Notes: generated by a model not told the origin, from the sequence alone. A stretch of DNA of 64,000 nucleotides from Bdellovibrionales bacterium (GCA_031370005.1 JANMPT010000077.1:1-64000), one strand, 5' to 3'; shown: positions 37,813-49,035, numbered from the stretch's first letter. A program made the numbers and translations.

Positions 37813-38823
37813 ATGGAAGTCTTACAACAATTTGGACTATTTACTGCGCAAACGATAGTTATCGTTCTGGCTATAGCTTCCATTCTGATTTTAATTGCCC
37901 TACTTGCCGCCAAGGCCCAAGGCAAGCCTGAGCTAGAAATCGAGCACCTAGACAAAAAATACAAGCATTTTGCGAAAATTCTTAAAAATGCAACTCTAAA
38001 CAAAGACGAGCGAAAAGAAGAAAAGAAAAAAGAAAAAAAGAACCTCAAAGTCAAAAGCAAGGAACATATCCGCAAAGTTTTTGTCATAGACTTTGATGGC
38101 GACATTAAAGCATCAGCTGTTGAACACTTACGTCAGGAGGTTACTGCCGTCATTAATGTCGCTAATCCTCAAGATGAAGTGGTGATCCGCCTTGAAAGCC
38201 CCGGTGGGGTTGTTCATGGTTATGGGTTGGCAGCTTCTCAATTACTTCGCCTCCGCGAAAAAAAAATTCCATTAACAATTTGTGTGGATAAGGTAGCTGC
38301 GAGCGGTGGTTACCTAATGTCTTGTACAGCAAACAAAATCCTCTGTGCCCCCTTTGCCATCATTGGTTCTATTGGAGTCGTGGCTCAGGTGCCAAACCTT
38401 CATCGTGTTCTAAAAAAACATGATGTGGATTATAAAGAATATACAGCTGGCGAATTCAAGCGTACGGTCAGTTTGCTTGGTGAAATCACTGAAAAAGGTG
38501 AAGAAAAGTTTAAAGAACAACTTGAAGCTACTCATCGCTTATTCAAAGGATTTGTTCAGAAAAATCGTCCAAACCTTGATCTCACCAAGGTAGCCACTGG
38601 CGAGTACTGGTACGGCCAAGATGCTCTTGATTTGGGCTTAGTAGATGAGATTCGTACTAGTGATGATTATTTATTGAACCAATCTGACACTAATCATATC
38701 ATTAAGGTCAGCTTCGCTAAAAAACAAAAACTTAGTGATAAGATCTCTGGAATTCTGGGACAAGCGGCTCACTCTGTGCTTCTGAAAGTCTATGAGAATC
38801 TTGAGAGAAAAACCTTCCTGTAG
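37813..38823 (+). CDS. sohB: S49 protease SohB
   Basis: LESPGG, YGLAASQL, DKVAASGGY, GSIGV, TAGEFKRT. Confidence 0.93.
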   Translation: MEVLQQFGLFTAQTIVIVLAIASILILIALLAAKAQGKPELEIEHLDKKYKHFAKILKNATLNKDERKEEKKKEKKNLKVKSKEHIRKVFVIDFDGDIKASAVEHLRQEVTAVINVANPQDEVVIRLESPGGVVHGYGLAASQLLRLREKKIPLTICVDKVAASGGYLMSCTANKILCAPFAIIGSIGVVAQVPNLHRVLKKHDVDYKEYTAGEFKRTVSLLGEITEKGEEKFKEQLEATHRLFKGFVQKNRPNLDLTKVATGEYWYGQDALDLGLVDEIRTSDDYLLNQSDTNHIIKVSFAKKQKLSDKISGILGQAAHSVLLKVYENLERKTFL

Positions 38824-38931
38824 CGCCGCACTAAAGTCTTTACTTTACTTTACATTGCAGCGCGCACTGAGATATTCATTCTTAACTGCCTCGTCAACTC
38901 GTTTTCTAAATCGGCTTAATATGGTAGGAAC

Positions 38932-39912
38932 TTGAAGGAGATTGCTTTGTCAGAAGTTGTTTTGTCTGTGCGGGATTTAGAAACCACTTTTAAATCAAAG
39001 TTTGGTCCAATTCATGCTGTGAATAAAATTTCTTATGATATTCACAAAGGGCAAACCCTCGGCATTGTTGGTGAATCCGGCTGTGGTAAATCTGTAACCT
39101 CATTTTCAATTATGCGCTTGATTGAGCCTCCAGGAAAAGTCTCTGGTGGAGAAGTGTTCCTAAATGGTCGCGATCTTTTAAGTCTTTCAGAAAAAGAGAT
39201 GGAAGATGTTCGTGGTGCTGAGATGGCCATCATCTTCCAAGAACCAATGACTGCTTTGAATCCCGTTTTAACCATTGGCTATCAAATGGACGAACAAATT
39301 AAACGTCACATGAAGCTTTCTCCAAAGGATGCCAAAGACCGAGCAATCGAAATGCTGAATCTCGTAGGAATCCCCTCTCCGGCAAATCGCTACGGAACTT
39401 ATCCACACCAGCTTTCCGGCGGCATGAGGCAAAGAGCCATGATCGCCATGGCTCTTTCATGCAATCCAAAATTTTTGATTGCCGATGAGCCAACGACAGC
39501 TTTGGATGTTACAATTCAAGCCCAGATCTTGGAACTTTTCCAAGACATTCAAGAAAAACTTCATATGACCGTGCAATTCATCACCCATGATTTAGGAGTG
39601 ATTTCTGAAATTTCAGATCGAGTTCTAGTTATGTATGGTGGGCAGGCCTGCGAAAAGTCCGCAACCTCAGAAATTTTCTTAAATCCTCATCATCCCTATA
39701 CCGCAGCTCTAATTGAGTCTCGCCCCCGACTCGATCATCGAGTGAATCGCTTGAAAACAATTGAGGGGAGCGTTCCTGCCCCCATGGACCTGCCCCCTGG
39801 ATGTCCTTTCCAAAATCGTTGCCCTCGTGCAAAAGCTGAGTGCTTGACACAAAAACCTCCAATGACCAAAATCGGACCAGACCATGAAGTGGCCTGCTTC
39901 AATCCTCTTTAA
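38932..39912 (+). CDS. oppD: Peptide ABC transporter ATPase (OppD/DppD)
   Basis: [25 protein letters not shown]-terminal oligo_HPY Cys domain. Confidence 0.92.
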   Translation: MKEIALSEVVLSVRDLETTFKSKFGPIHAVNKISYDIHKGQTLGIVGESGCGKSVTSFSIMRLIEPPGKVSGGEVFLNGRDLLSLSEKEMEDVRGAEMAIIFQEPMTALNPVLTIGYQMDEQIKRHMKLSPKDAKDRAIEMLNLVGIPSPANRYGTYPHQLSGGMRQRAMIAMALSCNPKFLIADEPTTALDVTIQAQILELFQDIQEKLHMTVQFITHDLGVISEISDRVLVMYGGQACEKSATSEIFLNPHHPYTAALIESRPRLDHRVNRLKTIEGSVPAPMDLPPGCPFQNRCPRAKAECLTQKPPMTKIGPDHEVACFNPL

Positions 39913-39923
39913 GGAGAATCGCC

Positions 39924-40910
39924 TTGCAAGAAGTTCTTCTCGAAGCACGTAACATTAAAAAATACTTCCCAATTAAAAAGGGATTGCTTATGCGTGAGGT
40001 GGGCCAAGTCAAAGCTGTTGATGATGTCTCATTGATCGTCAAACGCGGAGAGACCCTTGGCTTAGTGGGCGAGAGTGGTTGTGGAAAGTCCACTTTGGGT
40101 CGCACATTGATCCGTCTTTACGAACCCACGAGCGGCGCTCTTAACTTTGGTGGCAAGGATTTCTTAAAACTTTCTGGCCAAGAACTCCGCCAAAAACGCA
40201 AGAATATCCAAATGATTTTCCAAGATCCATATGCTGCCCTTGATCCACGCATGACAATTGGGCAAATCATCAGTCAACCCTTCCAAATTCATAGCACGCT
40301 AGGCACAAAAGAAACTGAAATGAGAGTTAAAGAGCTTCTCGAGCTTGTAGGCCTTAAATCTTCTCAAATCAATCGCTACCCGCACGAGTTCTCTGGCGGC
40401 CAACGCCAGCGTATTTGCATTGCTCGCGCAATTGCCCTAGAACCGGAGCTAATTATTTGTGACGAGCCCGTAAGCGCTCTGGACGTTTCAATTCAAGCGC
40501 AAATATTAAATCTTCTCAAGGATCTACAAGTTCGTTTAAATCTAACTTATATTTTTATTTCTCACGATCTCTCCGTGGTAGAACACGTCTGCGACCGCGT
40601 GGCAGTCATGTATTTGGGGAAAATTGTTGAGGTTGCCACCCGTAATGAGCTTTTCGCCAAGCCTCTTCATCCTTATACTCAAGCTCTTTTAGGGGCAATC
40701 CCTCAAGTTGGTGAGGGCAAGAAACAAATGAGGAAGTCTCTGAGTGGCGATGTTCCAAGTCCAATCAACCCACCATCCGGCTGCCACTTTCACCCTCGCT
40801 GCGTCTATAAGATGGATATCTGCTCAAAGGAGCGCCCCCTTCTCAAGGGAACTAGCCACCAGACCTCATGCTGGTTGGTTGAACAAAATAAAAGCTTAGA
40901 TGAACGCTAA
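39924..40910 (+). CDS. oppF: Peptide ABC transporter ATPase (OppF/DppF)
   Basis: [29 protein letters not shown]. Confidence 0.92.
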   Translation: MQEVLLEARNIKKYFPIKKGLLMREVGQVKAVDDVSLIVKRGETLGLVGESGCGKSTLGRTLIRLYEPTSGALNFGGKDFLKLSGQELRQKRKNIQMIFQDPYAALDPRMTIGQIISQPFQIHSTLGTKETEMRVKELLELVGLKSSQINRYPHEFSGGQRQRICIARAIALEPELIICDEPVSALDVSIQAQILNLLKDLQVRLNLTYIFISHDLSVVEHVCDRVAVMYLGKIVEVATRNELFAKPLHPYTQALLGAIPQVGEGKKQMRKSLSGDVPSPINPPSGCHFHPRCVYKMDICSKERPLLKGTSHQTSCWLVEQNKSLDER

Positions 40911-40923
40911 AAAAGGAGTCCCT

Positions 40924-42624
40924 ATGAAAGCAATTTTCGCTCTGACTATGCTTGCAGCACTTGGCTGTGCGACCCCGGCACAGTCTGCGCCAAGTAATAC
41001 GGAACTCAAAATCGGCATAAGCCAAGAGTTCGAAAACTTCAACCCACTTATTAAAACTATGTCGGCGACATCTTATATGTTCAGTCTTGTTGGCCGAACC
41101 TTAGTCAGCCTTGATGCTAACGGCAAATGGTATCCACAACTCGCAAAGTCCATTCCATCTTTGGCCAATGGCAGTGCTAAAATTATCGACGTCGATGGGA
41201 AAAAGAAAATCGTGGCAACTTGGGAAATCATCGACGCTGCGAAATGGGGTGATGGAAATCCTGTTATATGCGAAGATTTTGCTTTTGCCTTGAAAGTTGC
41301 CAGGGCACCAACCGTCTCTGTTGGCGAAAAAGAAACTTATACTTTAGTTGAAAAAATCGAAGCGGATCCTAAAAATCCAAAAAAATGCACTTTCACATAT
41401 GAAAAAGCTCGTTGGGATTTCTATCAATTGGGTCAATTCACCCCACTCCCAAAACACATTGAAGAAGCTGTGTTCAATAAATATGGAAAAGAAAAAGAAG
41501 GCTACGAAAAAAATTCGAACTATTCTAGAAACCCAAGTCTGAAGGGTCTTTACAATGGACCCTACGTGATCTCAGAAGTTAAGTTAGGGGACCATGTCAC
41601 CTTCACGCCAAATACGTACTTCTATGGGCCTCCAACTAAAATCCAAAAGATCATCTTCAAATTAATTCCAAATACAGGTACTTTGGAGGCGAATCTTCGC
41701 TCCGGAACCATCGATATGATTTCCCCTCTAGGTCTTTCTTTTGACGAGGCCGTGGCTTTTGACAAAAAAGTAAAAGCTGAAAAATTGCCGTACGAGGTGA
41801 CCTTCACACCATCTGTCACTTATGAGCACATCGACTTAAACCTCGACAATCCTATACTTAAAGATGTGAGAGTACGTAAGGCACTTGTTTATGGTTTGAA
41901 TCGTCAAGAACTTGTAAAAGCCCTTTTCGATGGAAAACAAGAAGTGGCTGTCCATAATATTTCACCAAAAGACTCTTGGTTCACCAAAGATCCGAAGGAG
42001 ATTGTTCTTTATCCATACTCAAAACGCGAAGCGGGAAAGCTACTCGACGAAGCTGGCTGGAAAATGGGCACTGATGGGTATCGTACAAAAAAAGGCAAGA
42101 GATTGTCTTTAGTGTTTATGACCACTGCAGGAAATAAAGTTCGCGAGCTTGTGCAGGTATACATGCAAAATCAATACAAACAGTTGGGTATAGAAATTAT
42201 AACTAAAAATGAACCGGCTCGCGTCTTCTTCGGAGAAACCACAAGAAAACGTAAGTTTGGTGCCATGGCGATGTTTGCCTGGGTTTCAAATCCAGAAAAC
42301 AGTCCAAAATCAGTTCTGCATACGGCTTCAATTCCAACCGAGAAAAATGGCTGGTCCGGACAAAATTTTATGGACTGGTCTAACAAAAAAGCTGATTTAT
42401 TAATGGATAATCTGGAGCTTGAATTTAACCCTGTGAAACGTACGCAACTGGTCCATCAAATCTTAAAGCTTTACACAGATGAAGTTCCAGCACTTCCATT
42501 GTACTACCGTTCAGATACCACTGTGATTCCTAAGAATTTAAAAAATTACAAAGTCACTGGCCATCAGTTTTCTGAGACCAATGAAGTAGAAAAATGGGAC
42601 CTCAACGGTACCATTCTGAACTGA
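40924..42624 (+). CDS. oppA: Peptide ABC transporter substrate-binding protein (family 5)
   Basis: Signal peptide after GGAG RBS; GPY, DVRVRKAL, LLDEAGW motifs. Confidence 0.88.
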   Translation: MKAIFALTMLAALGCATPAQSAPSNTELKIGISQEFENFNPLIKTMSATSYMFSLVGRTLVSLDANGKWYPQLAKSIPSLANGSAKIIDVDGKKKIVATWEIIDAAKWGDGNPVICEDFAFALKVARAPTVSVGEKETYTLVEKIEADPKNPKKCTFTYEKARWDFYQLGQFTPLPKHIEEAVFNKYGKEKEGYEKNSNYSRNPSLKGLYNGPYVISEVKLGDHVTFTPNTYFYGPPTKIQKIIFKLIPNTGTLEANLRSGTIDMISPLGLSFDEAVAFDKKVKAEKLPYEVTFTPSVTYEHIDLNLDNPILKDVRVRKALVYGLNRQELVKALFDGKQEVAVHNISPKDSWFTKDPKEIVLYPYSKREAGKLLDEAGWKMGTDGYRTKKGKRLSLVFMTTAGNKVRELVQVYMQNQYKQLGIEIITKNEPARVFFGETTRKRKFGAMAMFAWVSNPENSPKSVLHTASIPTEKNGWSGQNFMDWSNKKADLLMDNLELEFNPVKRTQLVHQILKLYTDEVPALPLYYRSDTTVIPKNLKNYKVTGHQFSETNEVEKWDLNGTILN

Positions 42625-42643
42625 GCATGATCAGGAGGCTTCA

Positions 42644-43615
42644 GTGACCACATATATTCTTCGGCGTCTAATTCAAACCTGCATAGTGATAGTGATCTTA
42701 TCCTATGTGTGTTTTTACTTAATGACTTTGATGCCAGGTGACCCTGTGGACCTGATGGTCTCCTCCAACCCTAAAATCACAGCTGAGGACGTTGTCCGTT
42801 TAAGAAAGCTCTATGGCCTTGATCAACCTTCCTATGTCCGCTATGGACATTGGGTTTCTGATCTTGCTAAAGGAGAACTCGGCTATAGCCGCACCTATCG
42901 CGTTCCTGTGGCGGTTCTTTTGGGGCCACGCCTAACTAATACTTTTATTCTGTCCATGACCGCCCTTGTGTTTTCCCTTCTAATTGCGATTCCGGTGGGT
43001 ATAGTCTCGGCTCTGCGCCCGGGAAGTGCAATTGACTATTTTTTTAATTTTTTCGCTTTTGCAGGAATTTCTATCCCTTCTTTCTGGCTTGGGATCGTAT
43101 GTATTATTATTTTTGCCGTATGGATTCCACTCTTTCCGGCAGGGGGGACTCAAACCATTGGCGGACCTGAATTGGGCTTCTGGGCTGATATTGCTGACCG
43201 CTCAAAATACCTCGTGCTTCCCGTCTTATCCTTGAGTCTACAACAGATTGGACGCTTTTCGCGCTTCACTCGATCCTCAATGTTAGAAGCACTTCGCAAT
43301 GACTTTATTCGTACAGCAAAAGCCAAAGGGCTTTCGAGGCAAGTAATTATCTGGAAGCATGCTTTTAGAAATGCATTGATTCCTTTGATTACGATCTTGG
43401 CACTAAGTATCTCTTCTATTTTTTCTGGCGCTATTATTACTGAAACAGTTTTTGCCTACCAAGGCGTGGGCAAGCTGACCTATGATTCTATTATCGGCAA
43501 TGACTTTAACGTCGCCATGGTGAGCTTCATTATTTCCGTGGCTATGGTTCTGCTAATGAATTTATTAGCCGATTTACTTTACGGCGTGGCTGACCCGCGT
43601 ATTAACTTTACATAA
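42644..43615 (+). CDS. oppB: Peptide ABC permease (OppB/DppB)
   Basis: YILRRL, PGDP, GLDQP, DFIRTAKAKGL, HAFRNALIP. Confidence 0.92.
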   Translation: MTTYILRRLIQTCIVIVILSYVCFYLMTLMPGDPVDLMVSSNPKITAEDVVRLRKLYGLDQPSYVRYGHWVSDLAKGELGYSRTYRVPVAVLLGPRLTNTFILSMTALVFSLLIAIPVGIVSALRPGSAIDYFFNFFAFAGISIPSFWLGIVCIIIFAVWIPLFPAGGTQTIGGPELGFWADIADRSKYLVLPVLSLSLQQIGRFSRFTRSSMLEALRNDFIRTAKAKGLSRQVIIWKHAFRNALIPLITILALSISSIFSGAIITETVFAYQGVGKLTYDSIIGNDFNVAMVSFIISVAMVLLMNLLADLLYGVADPRINFT

Positions 43616-43634
43616 ATAGGTTGTTGGAGCAAAT

Positions 43635-44840
43635 GTGGAAATGACAGAAAACCTTACAGCCACTCCCATCTCGGATGCTAATCGCAAAAAACTCGAGCAA
43701 GCCCTCCCCATGTGGAGGATTGTTCTAACTCAATTTTTAGAACATAAAATGGCACTTGTTGGTGCTATAATTATTGCTCTGTTTATGATCGTAGCCTTTT
43801 CGGCGCCCCTTATTAGGGTCCTCACGGGCATTGATCCCGAAGCACAGAATGTATTCAATCGTTATCAAGCTCCATTTACTAGTGCTATTGCTGGACAGGA
43901 CATACGTGAAACTGCCATTGAAAAATTCCGCACAGATCATCCGCAGCTTTCTGAAAGTCTTGAAAAAGATTTAATTGCTAAATCCTTAGTGTCAACCACA
44001 ACTCCAGCAGATGCTCTTTTTGAACTCACCACAAAAGAAGTTCCTGAGGCCTTTAAAATTCTAGATCAAGTGGGAACTAGCGGGGCCAAAGAGCTTCAAG
44101 AAACTTTCAAAAACTTTTCAACCTATCACCTATTTGGAACTGATGAACTCGGTCGTGATGTTTTCATCCGTCTGATTTATGGCACTCGCATTTCTATGAG
44201 CGTTGGCATTCTCGTTGCCCTGGTTTCGGCCCTCGTGGGCCTTTTGGTAGGCAGCCTTGCTGGCTTCTATGGTGGAGCGATCGACACTGTTTTGATGCGA
44301 GTAACAGATGCACTTTTGTCTTTGCCACTTTTGCCTGTGATGATTGTTATTGCTGCTGTTGATATGCAAAAACTGCCTTTCTTGAAGTCGCTTGTGAGTC
44401 CACAAAACGAGAGCATTCTTAAGATGATCCTCATCCTTTGCTTGTTCTCTTGGATGACGGTGGCTCGTCTGGTGCGCGGAAGTATTTTAACTTTGCGTGA
44501 ACGTGAATTTATTTTGGCAGCAAAAACTTTAGGCGCCACCGACTTCACTATTATTATCAAACATATGTTTCCCAATGTCGTCGCGCCCATGCTTGTTTCT
44601 ATTACACTTGGAGTTGGTGAATCTATTTTGTTTGAAGCCGCCCTCAGCTTCTTAGGACTCGGCATTCAACCCCCCACTCCAAGTTGGGGAAATATGCTTT
44701 TCAACGCTCAAGAGTTAATTTATCAGGCCCCTTTCCTGGCAATCCTGCCCGGGATTATGATTCTTCTCACAGTGATTAGTTTCAATTACCTAGGCGATGG
44801 CCTTCAAGATGCCATGGACCCAAAAGCCATTCGCCGCTAA
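43635..44840 (+). CDS. oppC: Peptide ABC permease (OppC/DppC) with periplasmic insertion
   Basis: FGTDELGRD, EFILAAKTLGA, LSFLGLG..PP.PSWG. Confidence 0.92.
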   Translation: MEMTENLTATPISDANRKKLEQALPMWRIVLTQFLEHKMALVGAIIIALFMIVAFSAPLIRVLTGIDPEAQNVFNRYQAPFTSAIAGQDIRETAIEKFRTDHPQLSESLEKDLIAKSLVSTTTPADALFELTTKEVPEAFKILDQVGTSGAKELQETFKNFSTYHLFGTDELGRDVFIRLIYGTRISMSVGILVALVSALVGLLVGSLAGFYGGAIDTVLMRVTDALLSLPLLPVMIVIAAVDMQKLPFLKSLVSPQNESILKMILILCLFSWMTVARLVRGSILTLREREFILAAKTLGATDFTIIIKHMFPNVVAPMLVSITLGVGESILFEAALSFLGLGIQPPTPSWGNMLFNAQELIYQAPFLAILPGIMILLTVISFNYLGDGLQDAMDPKAIRR

Positions 44841-44960
44841 TTGCTGTGCATCTCTGTAAAAAAGAAAGGTCACCCTGGGCCCTTTCGATTTTAAGGGCAT
44901 CTGGACCTTTCATTTATAGGCATATCTTTTGTAAGTCTTTTGATAAGACAAGAGGTGCTT

Positions 44961-45533
44961 ATGAATGCTTTATTAAACAATATTTCATTTTTTATACTTA
45001 CTTTTGGCGCTATAACAGCCCATGCTCAACTCTCATCTTTGGAACTTACCTGCCGAGCAAAAGCTAAAGAAATTGCAACACACACCTACTCTGGTTGTGT
45101 TACAGAAGCAAGAAACACACAAGTTGATCAAATCCGTAAAGATTATCAAAAACAATTAACGGATCTTAAAGCTAAGTACGATCGAGAGCTTAAGAAGGTC
45201 AGCGGCAAAGGTTTCACTAAAGCGACCACTATAAAGCAAACTCATAATATAACTTCCGCATCTACGGGATCTACACCAAGAGCCACTAAGGGCATCGCCA
45301 AAACCCTTCCTACCCGCAGAGAGGTAAAAAACACCGCTCCTGCAGCGCAGTCTTCGACTCAAAGTGTTCAAGAAGACAAAATCATGATTAGTCCTGACTC
45401 AAGCACTCCAGATGTTGAGAGTGAAGCGACTCAAAATAAAACAACGGGTGAGCTTAAAATCGAATTAGTTCCAGTTCCAGGTTCAAGCTCTTCTGACAAG
45501 TCTGCAGTGACCTCTGATGACCAGACTTACTAA
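44961..45533 (+). CDS. Secreted hypothetical protein
   Basis: GAGG RBS before ATG 44961, signal peptide, Cys pair, Ser/Thr-rich tail. Confidence 0.65.
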   Translation: MNALLNNISFFILTFGAITAHAQLSSLELTCRAKAKEIATHTYSGCVTEARNTQVDQIRKDYQKQLTDLKAKYDRELKKVSGKGFTKATTIKQTHNITSASTGSTPRATKGIAKTLPTRREVKNTAPAAQSSTQSVQEDKIMISPDSSTPDVESEATQNKTTGELKIELVPVPGSSSSDKSAVTSDDQTY

Positions 45534-45616
45534 GGCCCATTATAAGACCTATTAATTCGTGACAAAAACCTTCCTATATCATATATAATAAGCTTAGATC
45601 CTTACGGGAGGTCATT

Positions 45617-45877
45617 ATGGGTGAGTTTAGCCTTACACATCTTCTTTTACTGGCTGTGGTTTTTTTAATTTTCTTTGGCCCTAGCCGCTTACCTCAATTG
45701 GGGCAATCTCTCGGTAAAGCAATTCGTGGTTTTAAAACAGGTTTGAGCGAAATTGATGTGGACGTGAAAGATGTTCATGATACCCCACCAAAGACCGCTG
45801 AGCAGATCAATCAAAATCAAACTCAGTCCATGAACTCTCAAAAAGTTGAAACCCCAGAAACTCAAAAGAAAACTTAA
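45617..45877 (+). CDS. tatA: Twin-arginine translocase TatA
   Basis: TM followed by FFGPSRLPQLGQSLGKAIRGFK. Confidence 0.92.
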   Translation: MGEFSLTHLLLLAVVFLIFFGPSRLPQLGQSLGKAIRGFKTGLSEIDVDVKDVHDTPPKTAEQINQNQTQSMNSQKVETPETQKKT

Positions 45878-45928
45878 TATAAACATATAATTATATTAAA
45901 TTTATTTATGCTTCTGGACCTTATCCAC

Positions 45929-45955
45929 TATATTTTTTCTGAAAAAAGCCGATAG
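45929..45955 (+). promoter_or_regulatory. Putative sigma28 (FliA)-type promoter
   Basis: TATATTTT-N11-GCCGATAG versus TAAAGTTT-N11-GCCGATAA, ~35 bp upstream of the HD-GYP gene. Confidence 0.45.
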
Positions 45956-45989
45956 ATAATAGATAGGTAATGTTAGCGAGGCTTTTTCA

Positions 45990-47342
45990 ATGAAAAAAAT
46001 TTTGTTGGTTGAGGACGATGACTTTTTCCGTACAGCATTAAAAGATATTTTATCTAAAAAATACAAAGTTGTGGAAGCTCAGAACGGAAAGATCGCTCGG
46101 GACATTTTTTCAACCCTTGATGATGTTGATCTTATTATCTCAGATATACAAATGCCACATCTTACCGGTCTTGATTTATTGGAGTGGGTTAAAAAAAATA
46201 AGCCGGTGCCATTTATCCTTATGACCGGATTCTCACATATTCTTGAAACCCAAAGCGCTCACGAAATGGGTGCAGACGAATTTCTACCAAAACCCTTCAA
46301 GGAACAAGAGCTGATCGAAAAAATCACTAAGGTCTTAGGTGAAGAAAAAAAAGAAGACAAGCTCCCTACAGCAGATCTTGATAAAGAATTCTGTAAAATC
46401 CCAATTGAGGACTTTATTGCCGAAAAGGAAATGGACTACGGAGTTTATATTCGCATATCCAAATCCAAATATATTAAAATTGCTCATAATGGTGGAAAAC
46501 TCTCTGAAGACAAAGTTCAAGCGTTCCGCGCAAGGTCCGTCACTCATCTTTATATACGTCAAGAGGATTTTGCAAAGCTGGTGGGATTTACTCTTTTGGT
46601 TTCCAAAGCAGTTTCCAATAGTAGCCAGATCGACAAAGAGAAAAAAATGCGCTTCATGCAATACACTGGCGAAATGATCATGCAACAAGCCTATGTTGCT
46701 GGAACAGATGAAGTTATTTTCCGTAACGCCAAGGATTTTCTTACAACCAGCCTTAATATCCTCACTGAAGATGATGAAACCTTCGCTTTGCTAGGACTTC
46801 TTAGCAATCACACAGATTTCCTGTATGCCCATAGCCTGGGTGTTTCTATGTTTTCAGTGATGATTGCAAAACAACTGGGATGGCAATCGCCACAAACATT
46901 ATTCAAACTTTCTTTTGCTGGTCTTTTTCATGATATTGGAAAAAAAGAAGTCCCCCCTGATATTTTAGCGAAGTCGCGGGCAACTCTCACTCAACAAGAA
47001 CGCGCACTCTTTGAAAGCCATACAACCAGAGGAATGGAAATCCTCCAGTCTCTGAAAACTGCCCCCACAGAGGTCATTCAAGTTGCCTATGAACACCATG
47101 AGGACATCCTCGGCCAGGGTTTCCCCCAAGGGATCAGTAAAACAAAAACTCATCCATTTAGCCTAATTGTTTCAGTTGCCAACACCTTTTGCGAATATAC
47201 AATTCGCAGTCCGCAGGTTCCGGCTCCTCGTACGGCAGCTGCTGCCATTCAAGCGATGCAAACTTTTAAGCTGGCCTCCTTAGATCATCAGGCATTTGAG
47301 GCCCTCTTAAAGGTTGTAAAAAACAGCAAAGACATTGTTTGA
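45990..47342 (+). CDS. Response regulator with HD-GYP-like domain
   Basis: REC (VEDD, SDIQMP, KPF); HS, FHDIGK, HHE...GFP; last metal-ligand Asp appears as Asn (VANTFCE). Confidence 0.9.
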   Translation: MKKILLVEDDDFFRTALKDILSKKYKVVEAQNGKIARDIFSTLDDVDLIISDIQMPHLTGLDLLEWVKKNKPVPFILMTGFSHILETQSAHEMGADEFLPKPFKEQELIEKITKVLGEEKKEDKLPTADLDKEFCKIPIEDFIAEKEMDYGVYIRISKSKYIKIAHNGGKLSEDKVQAFRARSVTHLYIRQEDFAKLVGFTLLVSKAVSNSSQIDKEKKMRFMQYTGEMIMQQAYVAGTDEVIFRNAKDFLTTSLNILTEDDETFALLGLLSNHTDFLYAHSLGVSMFSVMIAKQLGWQSPQTLFKLSFAGLFHDIGKKEVPPDILAKSRATLTQQERALFESHTTRGMEILQSLKTAPTEVIQVAYEHHEDILGQGFPQGISKTKTHPFSLIVSVANTFCEYTIRSPQVPAPRTAAAAIQAMQTFKLASLDHQAFEALLKVVKNSKDIV

Positions 47343-47504
47343 GATCAATTGTACATGTTTTTTATAAAATTCTTAACTTGAGATAGTTCTTGCTTTAACT
47401 CATCAAAAAATAAACAAAATGCAACAAAACCATCATGGCACACCCAGTACAGACCGAAAAGAAAGAGTGCCTAGGTTACTTAGGTCTGACAAGGAGTTGT
47501 TGAG

Positions 47505-48740
47505 ATGAAAAAATTTTTTACTAATGAAACCATGGAGTCTGAGGTCGAACTTGGTGAACGTGTTGTTTCTGGTCTGAATACCGTCCTTCACTGTCACCAC
47601 TACAATTCAAGGCTGCAAAAAACGCTTGAATCCTCTGAATTAATTCAAGGTCGCGATATTATCCGTAAGGCTGCTGCGCGGACTTTCGAAAAACAAGTGC
47701 GCCACAGTCTACACAAGTTCAAAGCCAAAGATACCAATGACAAATTGTTGATTGCCTCTGAACTTTATAGCTATTTGGGCTTTGGCATACTTAATTTCGA
47801 ACAAGTATTTGAAAATAAAATAACCTCCAGCTGCTCGCATTTTGTTGAAGGCTGGAAGAGTGGCTACAAACAAGAAAACAGAAAAGTTTGCACATTCGTA
47901 GAAGGCTTTCTTGAAGGCGCACTTTTTGCCGTTGAGGGCAAGCATTATAAGGTGCGTGAATCCGCTTGTATGAATGAGGGTTCCGAGTGCTGTATTTTTG
48001 AATTACAACCAGATGAACCATCTGATCTATTTGCATTCGATTACATTCGCAATTCCATCGCACCAAAAAACAAGGGAGATCTTCAGGCAGTAAAAGAATC
48101 AACGATTTCCACCACCGTGGATCTTTATGCCATTCAAAAAGCTGTTATCGAAATGCCTCTTTTTGGAAATAACTATGGCATTATCCCTGCATTTAATGTT
48201 TATCTAGCTCACATGCCCAGGGATTTTTACAATTTGGTTTGTCTAGAGTATATGGACCAAATGCGGGCGATTGGCATGGCTGAAATCGCCCATGACTTTC
48301 TAGAAGAAGATGCCGAGACCTGTTCTCTAAATACTTTCGCTGGTATCATGCAATCTGAGGAGTGGGCCGCATTGATCGAACCCATGATCAAGCGAACCGA
48401 AGACAATCTTTATGCATTAATTGCTGTCTCCAATGCCTTGGGCTGGGGAATCACTCATATCGCTAGCCACGTTCCCTACGAAAGCCTTGAACTCCGTACT
48501 GCCAATGGTTATGAATCGATTGGTACCCTAGAAATCAAAGGCCCTGGCGAAGGCACGGACTGCCCGATGCTTTCAGGTGTGGCGGCAGGGCTGATGTCCC
48601 TAGTTTATGGCAATGGTGATTTCAACTGTCGCAAAGGGGCATATAAAACGGCAGAAACACTATGCATTTCAAAAGAAGATCCTTTTTGTGCATTTACAAC
48701 TCAAATCGCCAGCGTCAAACAGGTTAAAAAAGGTGCTTAA
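47505..48740 (+). CDS. Stand-alone tandem XylR_N/V4R-domain protein
   Basis: Two repeats of G(F/W)G...C...G...G...E..C......C.F (V4R zinc pattern); N-terminal HCHHYN. Confidence 0.75.
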   Translation: MKKFFTNETMESEVELGERVVSGLNTVLHCHHYNSRLQKTLESSELIQGRDIIRKAAARTFEKQVRHSLHKFKAKDTNDKLLIASELYSYLGFGILNFEQVFENKITSSCSHFVEGWKSGYKQENRKVCTFVEGFLEGALFAVEGKHYKVRESACMNEGSECCIFELQPDEPSDLFAFDYIRNSIAPKNKGDLQAVKESTISTTVDLYAIQKAVIEMPLFGNNYGIIPAFNVYLAHMPRDFYNLVCLEYMDQMRAIGMAEIAHDFLEEDAETCSLNTFAGIMQSEEWAALIEPMIKRTEDNLYALIAVSNALGWGITHIASHVPYESLELRTANGYESIGTLEIKGPGEGTDCPMLSGVAAGLMSLVYGNGDFNCRKGAYKTAETLCISKEDPFCAFTTQIASVKQVKKGA

Positions 48741-48750
48741 GGAAAACAGC

Positions 48751-49035
48751 ATGAGTCAAACGACGCGTGTAAAGATTAGAACCTGTATTCGTGAAAACAC
48801 TTTTCGTTATCAAATTGATCCGAAAACTTTCCCTCTGATATGGAAGTGCCTAGAGTCTCGCTTTGGCTTGTCCATCGTTTTTGGAGTTCCCAACCTTATG
48901 CAAATTGAAACGAAAACTTTTCTCCTGCGAAGCTGCATAAGCAATGCCACGATTACTTTGATCAAAAAGCCATTTTGTGATGAGATTTTTTTAACAGAAT
49001 TCCACAATATCATTCATTTTGAGGTTTCGACATGA
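48751..49035 (+). CDS. Small hypothetical protein
   Basis: AAGGA RBS before ATG 48751; ATGA overlap with the kinase gene. Confidence 0.55.
   Translation: MSQTTRVKIRTCIRENTFRYQIDPKTFPLIWKCLESRFGLSIVFGVPNLMQIETKTFLLRSCISNATITLIKKPFCDEIFLTEFHNIIHFEVST

Noticed and set aside
47430..47475. Possible riboswitch or promoter (GGCAC...GTGCC stem, ACCGAAAA) upstream of the V4R gene
   Set aside because: Only a 5-bp stem; does not match c-di-GMP riboswitch or sigma54/sigma28 consensus well.
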